Shown here one piece after another: positions 11,850 through 24,937 of a DNA stretch of 64,000 nucleotides (position 1 is its first letter; each line of letters starts with the position of its first letter). The stretch is from Hemiscyllium ocellatum (lineage: Eukaryota): contig NC_083435.1 of the NCBI RefSeq assembly GCF_020745735.1, positions 36,543,090 through 36,607,089 on the forward strand, read 5' to 3'. The notes under the pieces were generated by a model. The model did not search any database. It was not told where the DNA came from and was given only the letters and a program-made list of their open reading frames with translations. The translations under genes and the position numbers were made by a program.

Positions 11850-12135
11850 GTATAAAAGTTGGCAAGTTATGTTGCAACTGTAGAAGACATTGATCAAGTC
11901 AGTATTTTGTGTACGATTGGTTGGCTTATGATAAGGAAGGATATGGAGGATTTGGAGATGGTGCAAAAGATGTTTCCCAGGATGTTGCCTGGATCGGAGT
12001 GTATTATCTGTGAGGAGAAGTTGAACAAATTTGGATTGTTTTCTCTTGAGCATTTGAGGCTGAGAGGCAACCAAATGGAAGTATGTAAAATTATGGATGG
12101 TGGTCTGGATAGGGTAGATAGCCTGTTTCTCCTTT
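11850..12135 (+). mobile_element. CR1-type LINE RT C-terminal fragment
   Basis: LEMVQKMFPRMLPG...LNKFGLFSLEHLRLRG. Confidence 0.8.
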
Positions 12136-12839
12136 AACCTTTGCTCCTCTCATCTGAGAGCTACAATCACTAATATGATAACTTGTTTGACCTAATGAAC
12201 ATGATGATTGCAGTCGCCCACAATCATAGCTCTATTCTGTTTGTATGTACCTACTACTGTTGATTTATAACTTTTCCCCCTGTATGGCTACTGGTAGAAG
12301 ATATATGCACGATTCCTGTCAGTATTTTCTTTCCCTTGATGTAATTAATCCACCAAATGGACACTCCAAGCCTAAATCATCTCTCAATAATGCCCTTGTT
12401 TCATCTCTTATTAACAGTACTGCCCAATCACTCTCTGTCTCACTCCCATCTTTCTGAATGATTAAATACCACTTAATGTGAAGTTCCCAGTTCCAATCTC
12501 CCTGTCCCCCAGAAAGCCATATCTATTTACCTCAATTTCTGCCATCAGCACATCCACTTTACCCTGAATGCTTCATGCATTTAGAAGCAGAGCCTTTGCT
12601 GTTTTTCATCATTCTACCTTCCCTTTGTACTGCAGGCCAATTTGATTATCCTGTCTACTGTTTTAAAAATTTCCTAATCTTCCTTTTATTACCATCCTTG
12701 GTTTTGTTTCATTTGCCCCAATCCTTTGATTGACAAAAATTTTCATTCTACTCAAAATTCATCAAAACCACACGAGCAAATATTTGCCCTCGGAGCATTA
12801 ATATCATTGAAACAGCATTTCACACTGTACTCTGTAAAA

Positions 12840-14320
12840 CGGAGTTGTACATTCACAGGCTCATTCTAACTCTGCAAGGATCCAGTCTGGTGACCTCACT
12901 GCCCCACTTCAATAGCACTATGACACTTCCTATGGGAAACAGATCAAAACTGTTCACCATATCTCAGGTGTGGTCTACTACAAACCTACAGATTCCCATA
13001 ACTATCTGGACTATTTCTCCTCCCATCTAGTATCCTGTAAGACCTCCATCCCACTTTCCTAATTCTTCCACCTCTGCCACATCTGCTCACCTGAGGAGAC
13101 ATTCCACCCGTGAGCATCCCAGATGTTCACCTATTTTAAACAAGGTGTTTTTCCTCCCTCCATCATCCAGACAGCCCTCCGCTGCACCACCATCATTCCC
13201 CATTCCCTGCTCTAAACCTCTCCCCCTCCCAACGCAATAAAGACAGAGACCCCTTGTCCCCACTGCTCTCCGCATCCAACGCATCAATCTCAAACACTTC
13301 TGCTAACTCCAAATAGACACCACCACCAAGAACATCTATCCCTCCCCAACCGTCTCTGCCTTCAGTAAGACTGTTCCCTCCAACAGTCCTTGTTTCACAC
13401 CACTCCGACCACCGAACCCCCAGGTACCTTCCCCTGCAACCCCTGAAAAGATGTAAAACGTGCTGATACAACACGCCCCCCACCTCACCTCCATCCAGGG
13501 CCATTATCCGTCCTTTCAGGTGAGACAGAGATTCACCTGCCTCTCTTCGAACCTAGCTTACTGTATCAGGTGCTCCCGGTGGGGTCTTCCCTACATCGGG
13601 GAAACCGAACGTAAACTTAGGGAATGATACATCAAACGTCCCAGCCAGGTTCGCAGGGGCCGATAGGACCTCCGAGTCACCGCCCATTTCAATACCCCCA
13701 GCCACTCCCTTTCCTACATCACCATCCTCCAAGCCACCGCCCATTTCAATTCCCCAGCCACTCCCTTTCCAACATGACCATCGTCCCAGTCACCGTGCAT
13801 TTCAATTCCCCCAACCACTCCCTCTCCAACATGACCATCCTCCCAGTCACCGCCCATTTCAATTCCCCCTGCCACTCCCTTTCTGACATGATCATCCTTG
13901 GCCTCCTTCATTGCCAAAACAAACCACAGCTCCTATTGGGGGAACATCACTTCATCTTCCACCTGATACCCTATAGCTCAGAGGACTCAACATTGTGTTC
14001 TCCAATTTCAAATACCCTCCCTCCCATCCCCTGACCCCCTTCCCAACCCCCCCCCCCCTCCCTTCCACTGCTCCCTGCCACCAACCAGATACATTCCTCC
14101 CATTGGCCAACCAGGGTCTTTACCTATACCCACTTCATCACCCTGCCCCCGCCACCCCCTTTATCTGCAGGTCCCCCTACACCCACCCCGAGTCCTGAAG
14201 AAGGGTTATACCTGAAATATCAACTTCTGCACTTCCTGAAGCTGCCTGGCTTGCTGTGTTCTTCCAGCCTCCTGCCTGTCTACTTTGGATTCCAGCATCT
14301 GCAGTCTTTCTTTTTGTCTC
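12840..14320 (+). mobile_element. Decayed Penelope-like element 3' half (second family)
   Basis: GIY-YIG-like cctacatcggggaaaccgaacgt (YIGETER) and HFNSP.HSLSDM.ILGLLHC. The terminal repeat at 14190-14320 has a degenerate CTGAAGA...GAAA core. Confidence 0.75.
13675..13905 (+). repeat. 57-bp tandem repeat (4 copies) of a GIY-YIG coding segment
   Basis: Unit encodes VTAHFNSPxHSLSNMTILP; two in-frame units are visible in ORF 13624-14034. Confidence 0.85.
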
Positions 14321-14609
14321 CAACCAATGTTTTAGCCAGACATGGCTCATCCTCTACTCAGCTGCAGTTGCAATAAAGGTTGATGTACCAAAAGTCTTTC
14401 TAAGTAACTACTGCACCTGCATGTTATCCTTCAGGAATTTATTTGTGAGATTCCCAAAATATCTTTGCACATTAGCACTTCCAAAATTCTAATCATTAAA
14501 GAAATATGTTGTTCCCCTGGTCTTCTTACCAAAGTGCAATATTTCTCATTGTTCAGTTTCTAGTTTTGTTCAATCTGTAGAAAACTTACCACAATGACAT
14601 GGGAGCAAA

Positions 14610-14682
14610 CTAAACCTAACCTGAACCCAATCTGTAACCCTCACCATAACACTGACCTTAGCCTTAACCCTAACCCGAACTA
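14610..14682. repeat. Short degenerate (CCCTAA)-like tract
   Basis: ctaaacctaacctgaacccaatctgtaaccctcaccataacactgaccttagccttaaccctaacccgaac. Confidence 0.6.
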
Positions 14683-16819
14683 ATTCTCAGCCGTTTACAA
14701 TTTCAGTATTGATGTCATCTGCCTTGTTGTGAACGTTTCGTGCAGTCAGGCAGGGTGCCCTTAACTTTGCCATTTTGATGTCATTCTGCTATTTAGATTC
14801 GTGAATGACTGGGTTACGGTCCCTGCCTTCTAATTTGCCTTCCAAACTTTCTCCTTCCCTTTCACATCTTCAATCCTTCCAGTGTGAGCTACTTTTCAGT
14901 TCACAATCTATTGATAAATTACTATAAAACCAACCCAACACCGGTAGAAAATCCCCCGTGAGGATGTCAGTCAGGGTTTTGGAAGGTGTAATCTGGCCAA
15001 CCTTTGGAACTGTTATCCATCCCATGATATGTCGCAATGCTTTAGAAATCTGATGTCATATCACATGCACCTTTCCTTCAGCTATGTTCAGTCAATCACC
15101 TCCTTCTCCTATGTTTATAAACATAGAGAATTGGGATTAATCCTGATTTTGCTTCTCTTGAGGTCCTATCTTTTAATGTCCTCCCTTCCGATGTTCCATG
15201 AAATCCTGAGAGAATCTGTACACAGTACACCATTTGCAGACTTAGCTAAGTGCTTATCGGCCATTGTTATGCGCCACACCTTGCAAGGACAGGACTGCAT
15301 TTGATGCTCCTTCCAAAGTAGTTGCTATAACAGGAGTTAACATTTTTGTTTCATCTTCAGGGAGACCAAAATAAAAGCTGCTTTACATAGTTTAACCTTG
15401 AAAATGGCCAAGTGTATTCAAAGAATGATTATGGATAAAAAGAATGCTCATGAAAAAATATGAGTTTAATTAAATACAACTGGCTTGTAATTATTAAATC
15501 AAAATTATATTTCACAAATTTCATAAATTTCTTGAAGAGCTGATGCATTTAAAGCTACTCAGTTTAACCATGGAGCGGAATTGAAGAACGACTATCCTTG
15601 GCTGAGGGAACTGCACAGGCTAACACTTCATTCTCAATGAATCACAGTTGGTTTTTATGGGTTCATGTATCTTTTTAGCCTGATTTTGTTTCATGTTAGA
15701 ATGAACTGAATAAAAAGGTGAGGTATGAGATTCTGGACAAAGAGATCAGGATACTCCAAGGATACTCCAAACACTGAGAGTACACAGTATATTTTTACAG
15801 AGTGTTTTGTGTGTGGAATGAGCTTCCTGAGGAAGTGGTGGGTTGTGCGTACTATTACAGCATTTAAAAGATGCTTGAATAAGGCCATGAATAGGAAAGG
15901 TAGGGATATGGGCCAGGGCCAGGCAGGTGGGACTAGTTTAGATTTCGATTATGGTCAAATGGACTGGTTGAACCGAAGAGTCTATTTCGGTGCTGCATGA
16001 CTCAATGACTCTGTGACTCCCAGAGGTTTTTCTCATCCCAGTACAAAGTTTGAAGTGGAATTCCCAAGAATTCAATGTTCTCAATGTTTTTTTTCTTCTG
16101 ATGACCGAACCTTTGGGTAAATGGATCAATTTAAATATTTGAAGATGTTATAAAAATCTAAAACACAAGGAACTGTGAGGAGAAATCTGTATGAATCTTT
16201 AACATGATTAAAATAATTTTGAGGACCGGCGAGAAGACTTATTGGTCGAGAGGACATAAAAAGGACAGTTTAACATAAAGGATAGATCAATAAGCAATGC
16301 TAGGCAGCATTCCCATGATGCTCATGGGAGGGTATGTTGAAATTAAAGCCCCATTGTTCTGTAAGTGATGAGAAATATGCACATAACCACATAATCTCTC
16401 ATAGTTTAATGTGCTAGCATTTGGTTATCATCTCAGTATGAGAAACTCACAAACATTTCGCCAACAAAAATAATCAATATTATTTATATTCACAAATTTA
16501 TCAAATAACAAGTGGCAAAATGGTGATTACTGATTAATATGTAAATTCACACTGTATTAGGAATCCAAACCCCAAGTATAAAACAAGGTGCATTTCTCTT
16601 AGTTCTCAGGGGAAGAAATCTCCTTATTTTTGATGATAGCAGTTCTTCAATTCTCTGTTTGGTCAAACAGGTGTAGATCTTTGTTTGACTTTGAAGAACT
16701 TTCCCCCTTCCCTTCAACGTCTTTTAGTGCTGGTTTAGAGGGAGGGAGAAAAACAGAGACCGATCTTGGTTTGGGGTTTCTTGTGATGCAGAGGGAATGT
16801 CCCGAACTGAATTGAAGTT

Positions 16820-17620
16820 CAAACTGCTCTGGTAGGTCTGTAGTAATACCTTTGAACAAATTGATGAAAGATAGCTATTGTTTTTTTCTAAAAAGTAAAA
16901 TAAAAAATTTGCATTGTCAGAGACAATATTCGAGTTTGTTTCAATTGAAGCATTCAAATGAGGATGACATCAGGTACTTGATAAAATGGAAAAATGCAAC
17001 ATCATGGGGAGTAGGCCCAGGAATGTCACTAAGAGAAATGGCAATTTGCACAGATGGTGCAGTAATGAGGGGACAAATCTCCTGTTTCTACATTGCAACA
17101 GCCTTGTGGTTCTATAGGAATGAGCAGAGATGCGCTGAATGATAGTTCGTGCAGGGAGGATGAAGCTTTTTTTGTGGAATAACACAGACAGATGTAACTT
17201 TACACACCAACAGAGCGGGGGATGGGGGGGGACAATGAAGAGATCTGGCTGACTACTCTGTATAAATAGTGAAAGATGCCAATGTGGGCTGAGAAAGCAA
17301 TCAATACCAAATGCGAAATCCTATGAGTTTGAAGAAGACAGGTAACCAAGTTGTTTAAACATTGGATACAACTCTGACTCAGACTTAATTGCATATTTTA
17401 TGTAGTTCTGCCGCTCCAGTCCAAGCAGAATTTCAAGGCTGGTGTTCAGAATCATTTCAGGGACGAGGAGGTTCAGGAACAGTTCGGCTTGTTTCTGCTG
17501 GAGAAGGGAACGTTCACAAAATATTAGTGAGTCACATTTGACATCATGAGCAAATATGAACAGAGTCAAAAGGGAGCAAATCTTCCCATTGCTGGAGGGA
17601 TGAAGAACTGGTGGCACTCT
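16820..17620 (-). pseudogene. Decayed class A GPCR (possible)
   Basis: Motif-like remnants in colinear order across shifting frames: TM2-like ELFLNLLVPEMIL, TM3-end SVGV*SYICLCY (about 17215-17180, ERY-like), TM6-like FLLVTFLGLLP, TM7-like ANFLFYFL. Confidence 0.45.
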
Positions 17621-17995
17621 GATGGAATGGGATTGGCAAAACTAGCTGTGGGGAAATTAGAGAAATAAACAATTTATGCAGCAATCGGGAATATTGAATC
17701 AAGCATGCAAGATAAATTTAGATTAATATTTGCAAGCTTATAACATGTAGAATTAATTAGAGAAGGTGGGGGAATCTCCCTAGTGAGACCCAGCCCAAAC
17801 ATGACTGAGAGAATGGGCACTTCCTGTGCCATAGCCACTCTGTAGTTATTTGATTTCACAGATCTGAAGCAAGTTAGTTCAGTGGGAACAGTTTGGTTTC
17901 ATTTCTGAGTTGATGGGAGGTGAACAAGTTGAGCGATAGGAGTTGAAGGAGTGAGCAAGTCTCTTCATTCAATGTGGTGAGGGCTGAGATATAGG

Positions 17996-18219
17996 AGAAG
18001 GTGAGGACTGCAGATTCTGGAGATCAGAATCCAGAGTGTGCTGCTGGAAAAGCACAGCAGGTCAGGCAGCATCTGAGGAGCAGGAGAATTGACATTTTGG
18101 ACATAAGCCCTTCATTAGGATTCCGCCAATTCCTGATGAAGGACATTTGCCTGAAACGTCGATTCTCCTGCTCGTCGAATGCTGCCCGACCTACTGTGCT
18201 TTTCCAGCACCAGACTCTC
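17996..18219. mobile_element. PLE-terminal-repeat-derived inverted (hairpin) insertion with 15-bp TSD
   Basis: gggctgagatatagg at 17981-17995 and 18220-18234. The two arms are reverse-complementary copies of the repeat with a CTGATGA...GAAACGTC core. Confidence 0.85.
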
Positions 18220-18663
18220 GGGCTGAGATATAGGTCCTGCAGCTGTTGTTTCTGGATTTACAAGTGTTGCCTTTTGCCCTAAAGCACAGAAGTTTGGTTT
18301 CTTGGACTCTTCTTGCTTGTGTAACTCGTGCTCCAGATACATTTGTGTCATCCACAGCTCTTTTGGGTTTTGTACACATGTACACAATTTCCTTCTTCTT
18401 CCTCAGCGGCCACCTCTTGTCTCATAGGCAAAAGTGTGGACTGCAGATGCTGGAGATCAGAGTCTAGATTAGAGTGGTGCTGGAAAAGCACAGCCGGGCA
18501 GGCAATATCCGAGGAGCAGAAAACTTGACTTTTCAGGCAAAAGCTGTTCATCAGGAATGAATCTTGCCTCTTAGTTATCATATTCTCCAATCTCAGCTCA
18601 CCAATTCTTTCTGCTCTTTAATTTGTCAGATCTTGCTCCTCATGCATTGGATCATAGGATGCT

Positions 18664-19574
18664 CTAAGATTTCTGATATTTAATTAAATGAATGATAGAT
18701 TTAATTGGATATTTCATTGCAGTCTTGAATTGATGTCTGAACTTGGACTGAGTCACCACATAAATAAACGTGTTCGTGCAGCAGTTCAGGTTCCGCAGCA
18801 TATATCCACATTGTTCAAAGATATAAAAAGAATTGTAATCAAAGTGATGTGTAATATTAAAGAAATACAAAACATTTGCAAACCACAGAAATATGAAGCT
18901 GCCAGATATGGTGAAGAGCAACACAATTGATTTCCTTCTACTTTCTATCTCTGGATCACCGTGATTCTGTCCATTAGTCTGACTCCTCAGTGCCACACGG
19001 GCTTGATTGGCCAGTAAAATATACCTGACTGTCAAAACGTTGAGCAACAAAATTAAAGTGAATGGGATCAATGGGGTTAAAATTTTATCGATCATCTTAA
19101 AACCAATCCATCCAGGGTCACTAAAATAGTTTGACTTATCCAAACAGAACCATGGCACGTTGTTGATGAACATTTTAGCTTCAAATCTAAAGTAAAAGGG
19201 AACATTTTTTGAACAAAGCAGAATGCAGGTTGTCGCTAGTACTGTAAATGAAGTTTTCTGGTGGCAATACTTGATTGTAAACTTTCTACAACAAATAGCT
19301 ACAAATCGGTCAAAGGAGAATGTGACAGTGAACCAGACAGAACAATCAATGGCTGCACGATGCAGGACATAGAGAACACTGCACAGAGGAGTAATGTCCA
19401 GGAAATGCAGGATTAAACCACTGTTCCTGTAATAATAATAACGAAAATGCCTCAGTATAATCTCGGTCAGAATGACCATGAGATCCGCTGTTGCCATGGC
19501 CACCAGATAGCAAGTCGTACATTTCGAAAGGCCACACTTTCTTCGGGACAGAATGCCTATCGCCATTAAATTAA
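18664..19574 (-). CDS. GPR139-like class A GPCR, exon 2 (TM1 second half to C-terminus)
   Basis: Uninterrupted ORF with seven-TM hallmarks: LVAMATADL, SFDRFVAICC, LTPLIPF, NCCTNTFIY. Acceptor tgtgtcttacag|TTAATTTA at 19575/19574 (phase 1); stop at 18664. Confidence 0.92.
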
Positions 19575-19779
19575 CTGTAAGACACAAATGACAGCATAAG
19601 CTTAAAAATACTGATCACATATTCTCAGTGTCCATACACAGCTGTTGTGGCTGTTTATTTACTACTCAAAAATTATTGATTGGAATGATCTCTGAGTTTG
19701 CATAATCACAACCACAATATTCAGCCATGTCTATTCTGTTCCTTTCCAATGTTAACAAATGTGAGGGCAGGGAAGTTAG

Positions 19780-20235
19780 GTTATTAAGGTTGTGGCTCTG
19801 TTCGCCGAGCTGGAAGTTTTTGTTGCAAACGTTTCGTCCCCTGGCTAGGAGACATCATCAGTGCTGTGGCGCCTCCTGTGAAGCGCTTCTTTGATGTTTC
19901 TTTCGGTATTTATAGTGGTCTGTCCTTGCCACTTCTGGGTGTCAGTTTCAGCTGTCCGCTGTAGTAGTTGGTATATTGGGTCCAGGTCGAAGTGTCTGTT
20001 GATGGAGTTTGTGGATGAATGCCATGCTTCTAGGAATTCCCTGGCTGTTCTCTGTCTGGCTTGCCCTATGATAGTAGTGCTTACCCAGTCGAATTCATGT
20101 TGCTTGTTGTCTGAGTGTATGGCTACTAGGGATAGCTGGTCGTGTCGTTTTGTGGCTAGCTGATGTTCATGGATGCGGATTGTTAGCTGTCTTCCTGTTT
20201 GTCCTATATGTGTTTTGTGCAGTCCTTGCATGGTA
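19780..20235 (-). mobile_element. PLE 3' fragment (GIY-YIG tail plus terminal repeat) in the GPCR intron
   Basis: ORF 19845-20231: HIGQTGRQLTIRIHEHQLATKRHD...ARQRTAREFLEAWHS. Confidence 0.9.
19825..19864 (-). ncRNA. Minimal type I hammerhead ribozyme motif
   Basis: gca CUGAUGA u GUCUCC uagcca GGGGAC GAAAC GUU ugc: intact core, 6-bp stem II, 3-bp stem I, palindromic ACGU stem III. Confidence 0.65.
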
Positions 20236-20587
20236 TTTTGTAAATTAATATTGAATTATTAATTATTAATATTGAAACAATGCTGAGAGATTTGGATGAA
20301 ATACTGAATGCTAGTGAAGACCAATTGGATTCCTAGACATGGTGCAATAATATGCAAGAATAATGACAAAATCTGCAACAGGATAATGGATTGTCTAGTC
20401 ATAAAATTGTAATATTATACAGTCTAGAAATGGCTGTTCAACCTATTGATTCTGGACCTTAAAAAAATTCTAAACCTGTGTTGCCTGTGAACGGCCAAGT
20501 TTGAACTACCTGCACCATGCTAAATCTCAGCCATAGCACTGTCCAGGATTGAACACCCCCACACCACCTAGATTCTGCACCATGTCC

Positions 20588-20900
20588 ACGGGAAGCAATG
20601 GCCTAGTGGTGTAATCACTGAACTGTTAATTCAGAGACACAGGTAGTTCAAATCCCACCATGACAGATGGTGGAATTGGAATTCAACAAAAATCTGGAAT
20701 TCAGATGATCATGAATCCATTATCGATGGTTGGAAAATCCAATCTGGTTCACTAACATCCTTCAAGGAATGGAACTGCCATCCTTATCTGGCCTGCATCT
20801 GACTTTAGACCCACTGCAATGTGGTTGACACTTAACTACCCAGTGGGCAATAAATGCTGCCCTAGCCAGTGAGGTCCTCATAGCCTGAATAAAAAAAAGT
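20588..20900 (+). mobile_element. tRNA-derived SINE (SacSINE1/DeuSINE-like)
   Basis: tRNA-like head (tggcctagtgg...gttcaaatccc) and a tail gggcaataaatgctg...gaataaaaaaa shared with the L2-type LINE at 34610-35730. A related copy lies at 52423-52737. Confidence 0.75.
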
Positions 20901-23900
20901 CACTTTCCTTTTACAATCTTCTTGACCCTCACATTGCTTTTAAACCTTTCCCTCTCGCCTTAAACCACTGCCTTTGTGTTTTGGACTCCCCAACCACGGG
21001 GAAAAGACCTTGGCTGTTCACCTTATCTATGCCTCTCACGATTTTATAAACTATCATAAGATCACCTGTCAGCCTCCTATGCTCCAGAGATTAAAACAAA
21101 AACTTCCCTGCGTATCCAGCCTTCCCTATAACACATACCTTCCAGTCCCGGTAACATCTTTGTAATTGTTTTTTGCACCCTTTCCAATTTAATAACATCC
21201 TTCCCAGAAAAGGGTGCCCAGATTTGTACACAGTACCCCAAACGTGGTCTCACCAATGCCTTGTACAGCTGTCTTGTACAGATTTAAAGTTGGACTGTAC
21301 TGTCTGAAAATACAACTGTGGATGGTAAAAATAAAACCCCGTACTGAACCGCAAGGGAATCCAATTTTTTTTTAAAATAAATGAACATACAGAGAATTAA
21401 CAAATCACTCAACAGCTTGGGCAACCTTTTACAACAGAAAAAGGTATCTGACAATAATGACAGGAAATGTTAGTAAAGGCAGTTTCAAGTTAATCATACA
21501 ATCAGAGAAACAAACAGAGGGGAAGGAAAGAACGGCAGTGATTGAAAAGTCCAGCCCTAACACTAACCCAATAACAAAACAAGGAGAAGGAGAACTATAA
21601 TGGGAAAGTCGACATTGTCCTACCAGGCTGTACTCTCACTCGAGACAGGACCGATGGTGGTTTAACCTGAGGGTCACCACACCTCAGACATGGATAGAGG
21701 TTCTGAAGGAGAGTCCTTCATGGTAACTCAGCTGGTGTGAGAATAGAATTCAGGTTGTTGGAAATACTCTGCTTTTCAAAAAAAACGAATATGACTGTGA
21801 AATAAATAAAAAAAGAAGTTATAAATGCTGACCCAAGAGCAGGTTGGGGAATTCTGGGAAGCCATGGATGCCCTGGCCAAAAGGAGAATGCTGCTGTATG
21901 ATAGAGAACATTGGGTAGACCCCAAATGGTCTTGGTCGGCCTGTCAGTTGTGCTGCAACTGGGGCTTCACCCTTCCAAATCCAGCCTGTACCAACCCCAC
22001 TGGCAATCATCCTGTCTTACCTCACCCAGATTCACTGAAACACACCATCGAATGAATTCGGAGAAATGGTTGTAAACTGAAGCTTTTATTCTCGTGCTGT
22101 GTCTAGCAAATATCTTATGACAAATGGATAGTTATTCTTTATTGGGTTTAACGGTTCCATAGTTTCAGAGGCTGAGGAGATGGAGGATGTATTTAAACTT
22201 ACAAGGAAAATGCAACTAAGGTAAAGACTGATAATTGCAATTAAAGAAAGGGTTCAGCAAAGAAAAAATCATACTATCTTCAAAATACAACAAAGTGAAT
22301 TGTGGGTATTCAATATGTTAACGATATATGAAGAAATGAACCAAATTACTGTTTATCTGAAAGGACGGTTTCAGCCTCTGACAGTGGACAGAAATATGGG
22401 ATCAGGGTTGTCTCGTATTTCCTTTCATGTATTGGAATCCTGAAGTTGGAGAGTGAGAGAATAAACCAGGATGTTGTATATTGATGTGGACAGAAGGCAA
22501 GGTGTGGGCTGGTGCCTTTCGCTGAAGGTGGTGTATTGCATGAGGAAGCGGCTGGAGTGAGTTCAATAGAATCAATGACATCAATTTGGGAATGGAGGAG
22601 ATTGATTGAGAGGACAGGCATCTGGAAACTGGCATGCTGGGCAACCAAGCAACTATACTCCCTGGGAATAACCGGTGACAGTTAAAAAAAACACTCAGCT
22701 ATATGTCAGAAAGTAACAAAATATGTGAATGGCAATGTGCTTCTTGATCGGAAACGTAAAACTTAAATTGAATTAGGAACACGATTAGAATACTGTTTAA
22801 AATTAATGAAAACACAGCAAGCTATGATTGACTTACCTACAGCCACCTGACATATATGAGAAAGGATATCAAGATCATGGAGAAGGCTGTCATTTGATTT
22901 TTTTTTACAGTAATTAAACCAGAATTGCGAGATTATAACGATCAGTTATAAAATGGAATATTGTTGCCCATGAAGAACCCAGATATCAAATGAAATGTTC
23001 AATCGACTTTCCAAGAAAGTGAGAATGAAAACAAAATTTCCCATTGGGTGGAAATGAGAATATTTATCGAAAGTGCCTGACTCTTGTTACTTGACAGCTA
23101 CGTAACTGATTAACATAGAAATCTCCACAGAAAAGTCGTGTAAACTGTCTTGTGAGAGGCAAAACTCGTTCAGAAATGCAATGATCCTCTCACAGTTGCA
23201 AAGGGATGACTCTGCCACACTGCTGGTTAGCTGCTGGTGCCTTAAGGGAGAGAAAGGGTTTCAAAATCTCCCATGCTGCCCTGGGTCTCGTTATGTCATG
23301 GAGTCATACAGCACGGAATCAAACCCTTCAGTTCAACCAGTCTGTCTGCTCCTGGTCCAAACTCACGTCGTTATCCAAGTGCCTTTTAAATGATGTAATT
23401 GTACCCACATCCATCAATTTCTCAGGAAGTTTATTCTACAATAGAACCAACCACTGTGTGAAACATTGGTCCCTCATGTGTTTACTAAATCTCCCTCCTC
23501 TCACCTTAACATTTCAATTAGCTCCAAAAACTGAGGACAGCAGTTCCTGCCAATCCTGCTTCTGTACCATTGAAAACACCCGACAGCAAACATTTGCAAT
23601 AAGATGCATTCAACAGATAATTTTGAATCATACAGTCCGTAGATGTTACTACACATCTCTGGCACATGTGAGTTTTGAATTCGGCTCTCCTGTCTCAGAG
23701 GGAGGGACATTAGCACCAAGGCTGTTATGTTTTTAGAATTGATTCACTAGTTCAGAGTTGATCATCCATGAGTCACTAATGGAATAGATCTGCCTGCCAT
23801 GCAGTGTGCCATTATTAACGCCATCGTTATGGTTTAATCAGCTGTTCGGAAGAATGTACCTGCATAAGTAACAAATGTGTCTAAAAATAAAGTTGAAAGC

Positions 23901-24937
23901 TAATGCTGTTTGAGAATTGACAGTGCACTAAAACAGCCCATGCTCACAATCTGTGCATTAGATTTGAGTGAATGCTTAACTGGACCAATTTTTGAACACA
24001 AGAATCAGTCAAGACTGGGAATTCAGCAGATATTCATTCATCTCTGACTCCACAACACTTCCCACCATTACTCCAGCACAAGTCACGATTGTAATGACTG
24101 GACACCATTTGCCTCAATAGGTTTGTTCCAAATAACACAATGTTTCCTCAGGACAAAGTAACCACTTGAGGGCACTGCATTAAATTCATTCGTTCACGTT
24201 GTCAGTAGTTGCCACTATCTATAGCATAAAATGAAACAGCACACCAAGTATCCTTCAAAAAAATATCCTTCCCCACCCACAACCTGTACAATAGCAGCAG
24301 AAATATGGGACATTGGATGTTACAGGCCAAACCAACGAAACTGTTGGTCTTAATTTACATGTTGGTCATTTTACTTTCCCACTTTGGATCCAGAAAGCTC
24401 GAACTGCAGCCCAAAAAATGACCTATCTTTGGTGACCGTGGACTGCAACGTTCCAAAAATGTCCTTCAGATTGAACTTTGAAATTACAAGTCGCGATTGA
24501 GAGATGTTAATGTTTCATTAATGCCTGACAAACAGTGAGTAGATGCAAACAGTAAAATTGGGTCAGTTGTGTTGGGTGGCTCACTTCAGTTCATAAGCTC
24601 CACTCAGTAGAACTTATAATGACAGGTACAATCAGTAACAGTTGGGCACAGGGTAAATGTTTCAATGCTGGATTTTTAGCGTTAGAAATGCTCAACGTAC
24701 TCCAATACCTGTTTGAAGTTTTCTTAACATTATACGACGATCCATCAAAGATGATTGGTTCTAATCCAGGGAATTATTAAACTGAGATATGATAAAGCAT
24801 CAACGATAACTCTAGACAGTTTCTTACAGAAAATGATATCAACATCTGTAAAACTGTTTCATTGTGATATATCATCAGCCACAGATCCAATCCAGATGTA
24901 GATAAAACGACACAATCCTTTGGTGAAAGGCACTTAC

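Noticed and set aside
19575-19587. ORF-track start MCLT for the GPCR
   Set aside because: These bases are the intron's polypyrimidine tract and acceptor; the real N-terminus is exon 1 at 25004-24938.
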